59,052 nucleotides of DNA from Candidatus Acidiferrales bacterium (GTDB lineage: Bacteria; Eisenbacteria; RBG-16-71-46): positions 1-59,052 of the forward strand of contig DATJXF010000033.1 of assembly GCA_035500415.1 (NCBI GenBank). The letters run 5' to 3'. Each line of letters opens with the position of its first letter. Position 1 is the stretch's first letter. Made by a program: the position numbers and the translations under genes. Below are positions 32,123-41,380 of this stretch, piece after piece. The notes under the pieces are model-generated. The model ran no database searches. It was not told where the DNA came from and saw only the letters and a list, made by a program, of their open reading frames with translations.

Positions 32123-33439
32123 TCAGTTCCCCTTTCGGCTGCCGAGGGCGTGATCGAGCTCCGCCCGGGCGATCCAGTAGTCCATCGACGACTGCGCTTC
32201 CTCGGCGAGTGCGTCGGCGAGCGCGGCCTCCGCGTCGCGCACGTCCGACGCGGTCGACGTGCCGCCGCGATAGCCGGCCTCGGCGAGACGCATCGCCTCG
32301 CGGGACGTCGCGACGCGGCCGCTGTCCGACTGCCACACCGCGATCGCGACGCGCAGATCGCCGAGCGCGGAGGCGACCTCGCGGTGGATCGAGAGCGCGA
32401 GGTCGGCGCGACGCGCGCGCAGCGAGGCGCCGTCGGCGCTCGCCTCGCCCACGCGTGCCGCGGTCGCGCCGCCGTCGAAGACCGGCACGCTGAGCGCGAC
32501 GCCCGCGTAGAGCTTGTAGGTCTTGAGCCCGACGTCGCTCCAGTCGGCGTAGTCGTCGAGGATGTTCGGCGCGACGTACTCGGCGGTTGCGCTCGCCGTG
32601 AGGCGCGGCCAGCGGCCGGCGCGCGCGGCCTCGAGCCGCCGATCGTTCTCGCGCAGCGACGCATCGAGCACCGCGAGCTCCGGCCGTGCGCGCTCCGCCT
32701 GCGCGAACGCCCCGGCATCGTCCGGGACCCCGGCGGTGGGCTCGCCCGGCGATTCGAGCGGGCGGTCGTGGTCGAGCGGCGTTCCGACCGCGTCGTCGAG
32801 CTCGACGCGGCTCAGGCGCACCGCTTCGCGCGCGCGCAGGAGCGCGGTCTGGCGTTGCGCGAGATCGGAGGACGCGCGCAGCGAGTCGACGCGCTGCGCG
32901 ACTCCGGCGCGCACGCGCGCGGTCGCGGTCCCGAGGTGCGCGCGCGCCGAATCGACGGTGGCCTCGGCGGCGAGCTGGAGGCGGTCCGCCGCGAGCGCCT
33001 GGTAGAACGCGGTCGAGACGCGCAGCACGAGGTCGGCGTCGGCCTGCTCGCGGCCGCGGAGCTGACCGGTGTGCGCTTCCTCCGCGGCGCGGACGAGCGC
33101 CCGATCCTGGCGGTCGAACAGCGGCAGCTGGGCGATGCCGCGCGCGTCGACCGCGGTCGCCTGCCCGATCGGGAACGCCTGCGTCGGCTGGTGCGGCAGC
33201 GTGATCGCGATGTGCGGCGCTTCGCTGTTCTCGACGAGGCTCGCGTCGAGCCGCAGCGTGGGCGCGAGCGCGGCGCGCGCTTCGGCGATCGCCCGAGCCG
33301 CGCGCGCGATGCCCGCGTCGCTGACCTGCAGCGAGGGGGCGTGATGGCGCGCCAGATCGAGGCACTCATCGAGCGTCAGTGCGCCGGCGCCGGGAGCGGC
33401 CGCGAGGGCGAGCGCCAGCGCGAGGGAAACCGGTCTCAT
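32123..33439 (-). CDS. TolC-family outer membrane efflux protein
   Basis: ORF 32123..34105 trimmed to MRPVSLALALALAAAPGAGA (residue 223 of the track ORF). Two OEP-type repeats. The start overlaps the TetR stop (ATGA). Confidence 0.85.
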   Translation of the reverse strand: MRPVSLALALALAAAPGAGALTLDECLDLARHHAPSLQVSDAGIARAARAIAEARAALAPTLRLDASLVENSEAPHIAITLPHQPTQAFPIGQATAVDARGIAQLPLFDRQDRALVRAAEEAHTGQLRGREQADADLVLRVSTAFYQALAADRLQLAAEATVDSARAHLGTATARVRAGVAQRVDSLRASSDLAQRQTALLRAREAVRLSRVELDDAVGTPLDHDRPLESPGEPTAGVPDDAGAFAQAERARPELAVLDASLRENDRRLEAARAGRWPRLTASATAEYVAPNILDDYADWSDVGLKTYKLYAGVALSVPVFDGGATAARVGEASADGASLRARRADLALSIHREVASALGDLRVAIAVWQSDSGRVATSREAMRLAEAGYRGGTSTASDVRDAEAALADALAEEAQSSMDYWIARAELDHALGSRKGN

Positions 33440-34077
33440 GGGTTCTCCCCGGGAAGGTAGAGGTCGACGATCGCTGCCGCGAGCGCCCGTGGGTCCCGGG
33501 GCAGCGGTTCCATGCGGACGACGGCGCCCGCGAGGTTGTAGAAGAGCAGCGAGCCGTGGAACGAGCGCGCGACGATGCGTGGGGGAACGCGCGCCGCGGG
33601 ACAGCGCCCCGCACGTTTCGACTCCGCGAACGCGCGGCGGAAGAGACGTTCCTCGAGCGCGAGGATGCGTGACAGCAACCGGCGGTAGAACGCGCGGGCG
33701 AGCTGGGGTGTCTCGAGCACGCCGAAGAAGATGACGCGGAAGAGGCGCGGGTCCTCGCGCAGGCGCGTGAGCACGTACTCGGCCAGCGTCTGCAGCGCCT
33801 CCCGCGGCGGCATCTCGGCGAAGCGGCGCTCGAGCATGCGCGCCCGGGCTTCGGCGTCGCGCAGGATCTCGCGGACGAGCGCCTGCTTGGTCGGGAAGTG
33901 GCGGAAGATGAGTGCTTCGCTCACGCCGGCGCGCGCAGCGAGCTCGCGCGTGCGCGTGCCGTGGAAGCCGTGCTCGGAGAAGACGTCGAGCGCGGCGCTC
34001 AGGATCTGCGCGCGGCGATCCGGCGCCTTGAGCCGCGAACGGCTCGATGTGCTCGAGGTCGAAAGCAATGTTCCCAT
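33436..34077 (-). CDS. TetR/AcrR family transcriptional regulator
   Basis: HTH region RRAQILSAALDVFSEHGFHGTRTRELAARAGVSEALIFRHFPTKQALV. ATG 34077 is preferred over the track start 34128, which lies inside the palindrome. Confidence 0.85.
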   Translation of the reverse strand: MGTLLSTSSTSSRSRLKAPDRRAQILSAALDVFSEHGFHGTRTRELAARAGVSEALIFRHFPTKQALVREILRDAEARARMLERRFAEMPPREALQTLAEYVLTRLREDPRLFRVIFFGVLETPQLARAFYRRLLSRILALEERLFRRAFAESKRAGRCPAARVPPRIVARSFHGSLLFYNLAGAVVRMEPLPRDPRALAAAIVDLYLPGENP

Positions 34078-34117
34078 GACGAACGGCAGGCTCCGCGACC
34101 GCCAACAGGACTTAGCA

Positions 34118-34135
34118 AGTAAGTACACACTTACT
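34118..34135. promoter_or_regulatory. AT-rich perfect palindrome, candidate TetR operator
   Basis: AGTAAGT-ACAC-ACTTACT, 41-58 nt upstream of the TetR ATG, in the TetR/selB divergent spacer. It is the most AT-rich spot in its neighbourhood. Confidence 0.5.
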
Positions 34136-34242
34136 ATCCTGCGCCGAAGCCGTCAAGAGGACCGCGACGCTCGCCGCAGGCCGGACGGGGGACGCGCCGT
34201 GGCGCGGCGGGGCTCGCAGGCATGGGCTAGACTCGCCATCCC

Positions 34243-36147
34243 ATGGCGGATCCCCAGCTCTCCGAGCGGCTTGCGATCGTCGGCACGGCCGGCCACATCG
34301 ACCACGGCAAGACCGCGCTCGTGCGACGGTTGACCGGCGTCGACACCGACCGGCTCCCCGAGGAGAAGCAGCGAGGGATCAGCATCGATCTGGGCTTCGC
34401 GCCGCTCGTCACGCCCGCCGGCGTGCGGGTCGGGCTGGTCGACGTGCCCGGCCACGAGCGGTTCGTGAAGAACATGCTCGCCGGCGTGGGCGGGATCGAC
34501 CTTGTGCTGCTCGTGATCGCGGCGGACGAAGGCGTCATGCCGCAGACGCGCGAGCACCTCGCGATCGTCCGACTGCTCGGCGTCGCGCGCGGCGTCGTCG
34601 TGCTGACGAAGCGCGATCTCGTCGACGCCGAGTGGGTCGCGCTGGTGGCGCGGGACGTGCGCGCGCTCCTCGCGGGCAGCGCGCTCGCCGACGCGCCGGT
34701 CGTCGAGTTCAGTGCGAAGACGGGCGAAGGCCAGGACCGGCTGCTCGCCGCCATCGACGACGCGCTCGCCCGCGCGCCGGCCCGCGCGCTCGCCGAGCCC
34801 GTGCGCCTTCCGGTCGACCGCGTGTTCACGATGGAGGGCTTCGGCACGGTCGTGACCGGAACGCTGTGGCGCGGCGTCGTGCGGACGGGCGAGGGGCTCG
34901 AGCTCGCACCCTCGGGGCGCGCCGTGCGCGTGCGGCGCGTGCAGGTGCACGGGCAGACCATCGAGGAAGCGCATGCCGGCCAGCGCACCGCCGTCGCGCT
35001 GCACGGCGTGAGCCGCGAGGAGGTCGAGCGCGGCGAGTGGCTGATCGCGCCCGGATCGCTCGCGCCCAGTCGCGTGCTCGACGTGCGCTTCGAGCTGCTC
35101 GAGGACTTTCCGCGCGAGTGGAAGGTCGATCAGCGGGTGCGCTTCCACCTCGGTGCGAGCGAGATCATCGGGCGGCTCGTCCTCTTCGCCGACGCGCCGC
35201 TCACGGCGGGCGGGCGTTCGCTCGGGCAGCTTCGGCTCGAACGCGCCACCGTCGCCGCGCGCGGCGACCGGTTCGTCGTCCGCTCGTATTCGCCGAGCCG
35301 GACCGTGGGCGGCGGGACGGTCATCGATCCCATGGCACACCGCCGCCGCCGCGCGGACGCCGGCCTCGAGCAGATGGAGGTGCACGAGACGGGCTCGCTC
35401 GCGGCGCGGCTGCTCGAGAAGCTCGCCGGGCTCGAGAAGCTCGCGGGCACCGAGTCGCTCGCGCAGGCCGTGGGCGAGCCCGCGACCGTCGTGAACGAAG
35501 CGCTCGCCCGGCTCGCGCACGAGGGCCGCGTCGTCTCGCCTGCGACCGGCCGCTGGATCTCCGACGACCGCTGGACCAGCGCGCGCGAGCGGATCGAGCA
35601 CGACGTGCGCGACTTCGCCGAGGGACATCCCGCGCGATTCGGGATCCTGAAGGGCGAGCTCAAGAGCGCGCTGAGGACGACGCTCGATGCCGGTGTGTTC
35701 GACGCCGCGTTCACGTCGCTGGTGTCGGATGGCGTGATCGAGCAGAAGGGCGAGCGCGTGCGCCCCGCGGGCGTGCCGTGGGCGCCGCCTGCGGCGACGC
35801 TCGCGAAGCTCGAAGCGCTCGAGCGCCAGCTCGAAGCCGCGGGTTTCCTCGTGCCCGAGGTGGCGCAGTGGCAGAGCGCGCTCGGTGCCGACGCCGCCGA
35901 GGTCGCGGCGCTCGGTTACTTCCTCGGCCGGCTCGTGCGGGTGAGCAACGAGCTGACGTACACCGCAGCGCAGCTCGAGGACATGCGCGCACGGATCGGC
36001 GCGTGGCTGGACGCGCACCCGGCGCTCACCGTCGCCGACTTCCGCGGCTTCACGGGCGCCTCGCGCAAGTTCGCGGTGCCGCTGCTCGAGCACAGCGATC
36101 GCGTCGGCTGGACGGTGCGTGTGGGGGATGAGCGGCGGAAGGGGTAG
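34243..36147 (+). CDS. selB: selenocysteine-specific translation elongation factor
   Basis: 634 aa. G-domain [31 protein letters not shown]-Tu-like domains II/III, then C-terminal winged-helix repeats typical of bacterial SelB. Confidence 0.9.
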   Translation: MADPQLSERLAIVGTAGHIDHGKTALVRRLTGVDTDRLPEEKQRGISIDLGFAPLVTPAGVRVGLVDVPGHERFVKNMLAGVGGIDLVLLVIAADEGVMPQTREHLAIVRLLGVARGVVVLTKRDLVDAEWVALVARDVRALLAGSALADAPVVEFSAKTGEGQDRLLAAIDDALARAPARALAEPVRLPVDRVFTMEGFGTVVTGTLWRGVVRTGEGLELAPSGRAVRVRRVQVHGQTIEEAHAGQRTAVALHGVSREEVERGEWLIAPGSLAPSRVLDVRFELLEDFPREWKVDQRVRFHLGASEIIGRLVLFADAPLTAGGRSLGQLRLERATVAARGDRFVVRSYSPSRTVGGGTVIDPMAHRRRRADAGLEQMEVHETGSLAARLLEKLAGLEKLAGTESLAQAVGEPATVVNEALARLAHEGRVVSPATGRWISDDRWTSARERIEHDVRDFAEGHPARFGILKGELKSALRTTLDAGVFDAAFTSLVSDGVIEQKGERVRPAGVPWAPPAATLAKLEALERQLEAAGFLVPEVAQWQSALGADAAEVAALGYFLGRLVRVSNELTYTAAQLEDMRARIGAWLDAHPALTVADFRGFTGASRKFAVPLLEHSDRVGWTVRVGDERRKG

Positions 36148-36150
36148 GGG

Positions 36151-37068
36151 CTAGATGGTTCTGCGGAACAGCGCGTAGCGTTCCTCGAGAAAGTCCCCTC
36201 GTGGCCTTTCGCTCGCCCGTGATGGGATCTTGAGCAGCCGCTGTCCGTGATGAGCCTTCAGCCCGTGAATCAACATCGGGCCGTCGTCCTCGCGGAGGAC
36301 ATCCGCGCGAATCTCGACGACGAGATCAGGCCGGATGCCCATGAAGAACTTGTCGAAGGCGGCGTGGTGGATTTTGCAAAGTGCGAGCCCGTTTGAAATT
36401 ACCGGCTGACCGCGCGGATCGTGGTCGGGAATGATGTGCGCTGCGTCCAGGAGTTCATCGTGGTTCAACCTGCATACGGCGCAGCACTGACCGTACGCCA
36501 CCAGAACGCGCTCCCTGAACTTCTGCTGATGTAGTCGTTGCTGGGTGACGCGTGTGATGTACTCGCGCCGCGCGGGGGCAGTGTCCTCGTCAAACGGCAT
36601 TTGAGGAGAGGCCGAGAGCTCGCGGGCGTCGTCGGCCTGGACAGAGAAGGTCAGCCGTTGCGGATCGTCCGCGACGACGAAAACCGGGTAGGCCGCCGCG
36701 TATCGACCCTTCACCAGCCCCGCGAAATACACCAGCGGGATACGTCGCGACATCGCACGGCGTAGCCCAACGTTGTCGGGATGCTGCGGATCCTCGCCAC
36801 GATACTTGTAATGGATCAAACCGGCCGACACCTCGTCCTCGTAGGGTCTCGGCCGGCCTGGCCGCTCGGGCGCGGTCGTCATGCTCAAAGGGCCATCGGT
36901 CAGCGCTGCCGGCTTGAATATCCCTTGAGGCCCGAGGAGCGGCACGCGCCTGCCTTCGAACTCGAAGCGATGGGAGAGATCCTCCCAAGCGAGCGCCTCG
37001 CCGTGACGATCCCGAAGCTGATCGAGATACTGAAATACACGCATCCGAATTTCGGCGTTGCGGTCCAC
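36151..37068 (-). CDS. HNH endonuclease (HNH_2/COG3440-like, putative modification-dependent restriction nuclease)
   Basis: CAVCRLNHDELLDAAHIIPDHDPRGQPVISNGLALCKIHHAAFD, preceded by a ~170-aa N-terminal domain (IHYKYRGEDPQHPDNVGLRRAMSRRIPLVYF). GTG 37068 with AGGGGG about 6 nt upstream. Visibly lower G+C than the flanks. Confidence 0.85.
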   Translation of the reverse strand: MDRNAEIRMRVFQYLDQLRDRHGEALAWEDLSHRFEFEGRRVPLLGPQGIFKPAALTDGPLSMTTAPERPGRPRPYEDEVSAGLIHYKYRGEDPQHPDNVGLRRAMSRRIPLVYFAGLVKGRYAAAYPVFVVADDPQRLTFSVQADDARELSASPQMPFDEDTAPARREYITRVTQQRLHQQKFRERVLVAYGQCCAVCRLNHDELLDAAHIIPDHDPRGQPVISNGLALCKIHHAAFDKFFMGIRPDLVVEIRADVLREDDGPMLIHGLKAHHGQRLLKIPSRASERPRGDFLEERYALFRRTI

Positions 37069-37077
37069 CGCTGCCCC

Positions 37078-37806
37078 CTACCTCATCGCCTTCGCAGCCG
37101 CCGCCGAGCCCCAGCCCGCGCCGCGGCCGGTCCAGGTCTGCAGATCGAGCGGCAGGTGGCCGACGTCGCTGTACATGACGAGCCTCACGCTGCCGTCGGC
37201 GCGCACTGCGAGGATCGTGAGCGACGCGTTCGCGATGTCCATGCTCGCCCAGTGGCGCACGTCGCCGCCGACGGCCTTCGTCACCATCCAGCGGATGACG
37301 TTGCCGTGGCAGACGAGCAGATCGTGCGTGTCGGCCTCGGGCGTGGGCACGACGTAGCGCGCCCACGCGGCAGCGCGGTGCTCGTCGCAGAGCGCGATTG
37401 ACTCGGGCGTCTCGTCGCGCATGATTCTGGCGTTGTCCGACGTGGGCGTGCACTCGTGCAGCAGCGAATCGATCGCGACGCTCATGTGCAGGATCGCGGC
37501 GAGCTCAGCGGCGGTCTCGCGCGCCCGCGCGAAGTCGCTGCTCACGAGCGCGTGGAACCTGATCGGGAGCCCGGCGAGCCGCGCTCCGAGCTTCTTCGCC
37601 TGCTCGTGTCCGAGCGCATCGAGCCCATTGCCGAGCCGATCGTCGGTCACGGTCGTGTCGCGATCGTACTGGCCGTGGCGGATGAGGTAGACGTAGTGAA
37701 CGCCCTGCGGCGGCCGCGGCGCGCCACTCCCGGCGGGCGCCTGGGCGGCGACGCTCGAAGGCGCGATCATGGTCAGTGCGAGCGCGAAAGCGAAGAGGCG
37801 CGACAT
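37078..37806 (-). CDS. secreted histidine phosphatase family protein
   Basis: ORF 37078..37953 trimmed to MSRLFAFALALTMIAPSSVAAQA. Catalytic YLIRHGQYD and a later HG motif (LLVCHGNVIRW). Confidence 0.8.
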   Translation of the reverse strand: MSRLFAFALALTMIAPSSVAAQAPAGSGAPRPPQGVHYVYLIRHGQYDRDTTVTDDRLGNGLDALGHEQAKKLGARLAGLPIRFHALVSSDFARARETAAELAAILHMSVAIDSLLHECTPTSDNARIMRDETPESIALCDEHRAAAWARYVVPTPEADTHDLLVCHGNVIRWMVTKAVGGDVRHWASMDIANASLTILAVRADGSVRLVMYSDVGHLPLDLQTWTGRGAGWGSAAAAKAMR

Positions 37807-37867
37807 CGGCGGATTCTCCAGGTGAATCGTCAGGCCAGCCCGCGCGCCTGCAGCGCGGGTCGATCGT

Positions 37868-38908
37868 TCAGAACAACCGGTACGTGAACGCCAGCGCGAG
37901 CACCTCGCGGAACTGGCCGGCCTTGCGCACGTTCTTGTCCACCTGCGCAGCATAGGCCGCCTGGGTGGCCGGATCGGCGCTCGCCGCGAGCGTCGGATCG
38001 ACCAGCGCGGCCTCGTCGAACTTCTCGTACGTCCACTCGGCCGCGAGCGAGACGCCGAAGCTCTTCGTGATCTGCGCGGCGAAGTTGTTCTGGAAGTCGA
38101 CCGTCACGACCTTCCAGAAGTTCGAGATCGACTCGCGCCCGGGGCTCGCGGCGCGCAGCGCGGCGTCCACCTGCTCGAGCTGGTTCGCCTTCGAATAGAA
38201 CAGCGGCTGGTATGCGAGGAGCTGCGCCTTGTAGAGCACCTTGGCGCGCAGCAGCGGCTGCTGCACGTTGGTCTGCCACTCGATGCCGCCGTCGTTCGTG
38301 CTGAAGCTGCGCTCGTCGCGGCCGGCGGTGTCGGTGAACGCGCGCGCCAGCGTCTGCCGGAGCGCGAACCCGATCCGCGTCACCGCCTGGCTCGAGTCGG
38401 TCTTGAAGAGCACGCGCGCGAGCCCCGCCGATTCCTTGAGCTTGACCGGGTTGAGCGGAATCGTGCCGCGCGGATCGGTCTGGTCGCGGAACTGCGACTC
38501 GGCGCTGAATGCGGCGTAGGGATCGGCGGACCCGCCGAGCGTCCAGCGCCCGGTCGACTGCAGCGAGAGCAGATCGGTCGTCTTGTCGGGGCTCTGCCAG
38601 CGGAGTTCGCCCGCGGTCGTTCCGGTCTGCTGCTGCTCGGTCTCGCCGTAGGCAAGGTTCAGCTGGTTCGCCCAATCGAACGATTTCGAGATCTGCCGCT
38701 CGGCGCTCGACTGCGAGTTCAGCACCCAGACGATCGAACCTCGATCGCCCCCCGACCAGTTCGAGCTGAACGCGCTCTGCGCGAGGTTGAGCCCGACGTT
38801 CGTGCCGAACTTCCACGGTCCGGGCTCGATCGGCTTCGCCTCGTCCGCGGCGGCCGACCGAACGGCGGCGGTCAACACCAGTGCGAGCAGCAGCACGCGA
38901 AATCGCAT
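37868..38908 (-). CDS. outer-membrane beta-barrel-like protein (DUF3078-like)
   Basis: ORF trimmed to MRFRVLLLALVLTAAVRSAAA, with GAGGAG upstream. WKFGTNVGLNLAQSAFSSNWSGGDRGS, alternating beta-strand pattern, C-terminal ..LALAFTYRLF. Confidence 0.6.
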   Translation of the reverse strand: MRFRVLLLALVLTAAVRSAAADEAKPIEPGPWKFGTNVGLNLAQSAFSSNWSGGDRGSIVWVLNSQSSAERQISKSFDWANQLNLAYGETEQQQTGTTAGELRWQSPDKTTDLLSLQSTGRWTLGGSADPYAAFSAESQFRDQTDPRGTIPLNPVKLKESAGLARVLFKTDSSQAVTRIGFALRQTLARAFTDTAGRDERSFSTNDGGIEWQTNVQQPLLRAKVLYKAQLLAYQPLFYSKANQLEQVDAALRAASPGRESISNFWKVVTVDFQNNFAAQITKSFGVSLAAEWTYEKFDEAALVDPTLAASADPATQAAYAAQVDKNVRKAGQFREVLALAFTYRLF

Positions 38909-38988
38909 CACGTCGAATCTCCTCTCGAATCGATTGGCCGAATGGTCGGCGAGCCGCGGCCGCTTGCCGATGAGCGCGCGCGGCGGCG

Positions 38989-39873
38989 ATGCTCGGGCCC
39001 ATGATTCTTCGCGCTCGTTTCGCTGTCCAGCAGGTGGCGCGCGGCGTGGTCGTCCTGGCGGCGGCCGCGATCGCGCGATCGGCACCCGCGCACGAGTACT
39101 GGCTCTCGCCCTCGCGCTTCAACGTCGCGCCGTCGGAGACGGTGACGGTGGCGGCGTTCTCGGGAACGGGGTTCCGGGGAGAGCCCCGCCCCTGGGCGCC
39201 GGAGCGCTGCGTTCGATTCGTCCTCGCGGAGGCCGGGAACAGGGATCTGGCGCCGCTTGCGCGGCGGGGGGCGATCGAGTGGGCGCGGTGCGTTCCGTCG
39301 GACGAGGGCGGTGCGCTCCTCGCCTACCAGTCGAACTGGGCGCGCATCGAGCTGCCCGCGGGACGCTTCGAGTCCTACCTTGCCGAGGAGGGCCTCGACG
39401 ACGCGCTCGCCGCGCGCCGCAGGGAGCAGACGACCGCGCCCGGCCGCGAGCGATATCGCCGCTGCTGCAAGGCGTATCTCGCCGGTTTGGACGCGACGCG
39501 GTCGACGAGGGTGCTCGGGCTGCCGCTCGAGATCGTGCCGCGCACGCGGCCCGGGGCCGGCGCGCTCATGCGGGTGCGCGTGCTGTGGAATGGCCGGCCG
39601 CTCGCCGGCGCGCTCGTTCATGCCTGGCGCTCGCCATTCGACACCGCCGGCCGGCCGCTCGATCCGGCGACGCGGGACACGGTTGCCGCCTGCTGGAGCG
39701 GACGGACCGACGCGGCGGGCGGGGCGGCGATTCCGACGCGCGAGCCGGGCGAGTGGCTGCTCAGCGTGGTCCACATGCAGCGGTGTCCGCAGCCCGACCA
39801 GGCGGACTGGGAGAGCACGTGGGCCTCGCTCACGTTCGCGCGCCCGCGCGCGCGCCGGGCGGCCACGCCGTGA
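38989..39873 (+). CDS. DUF4198 domain periplasmic protein (NikM-like)
   Basis: The signal peptide ends ..SAPAHEYWLSP, the characteristic H-E/F-x-W start of mature DUF4198 proteins. Confidence 0.7.
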   Translation: MLGPMILRARFAVQQVARGVVVLAAAAIARSAPAHEYWLSPSRFNVAPSETVTVAAFSGTGFRGEPRPWAPERCVRFVLAEAGNRDLAPLARRGAIEWARCVPSDEGGALLAYQSNWARIELPAGRFESYLAEEGLDDALAARRREQTTAPGRERYRRCCKAYLAGLDATRSTRVLGLPLEIVPRTRPGAGALMRVRVLWNGRPLAGALVHAWRSPFDTAGRPLDPATRDTVAACWSGRTDAAGGAAIPTREPGEWLLSVVHMQRCPQPDQADWESTWASLTFARPRARRAATP

Positions 39874-41361
<1,488 letters not shown>

Positions 41362-41380
41362 CGGTTGCGGCGGAGCCGCC

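Noticed and set aside
34078-34128. ORF-track start (GTG 34128) for the TetR gene.
   Set aside because: It falls inside the AGTAAGT-ACAC-ACTTACT palindrome and adds a non-conserved 17-aa extension. ATG 34077 is more plausible.
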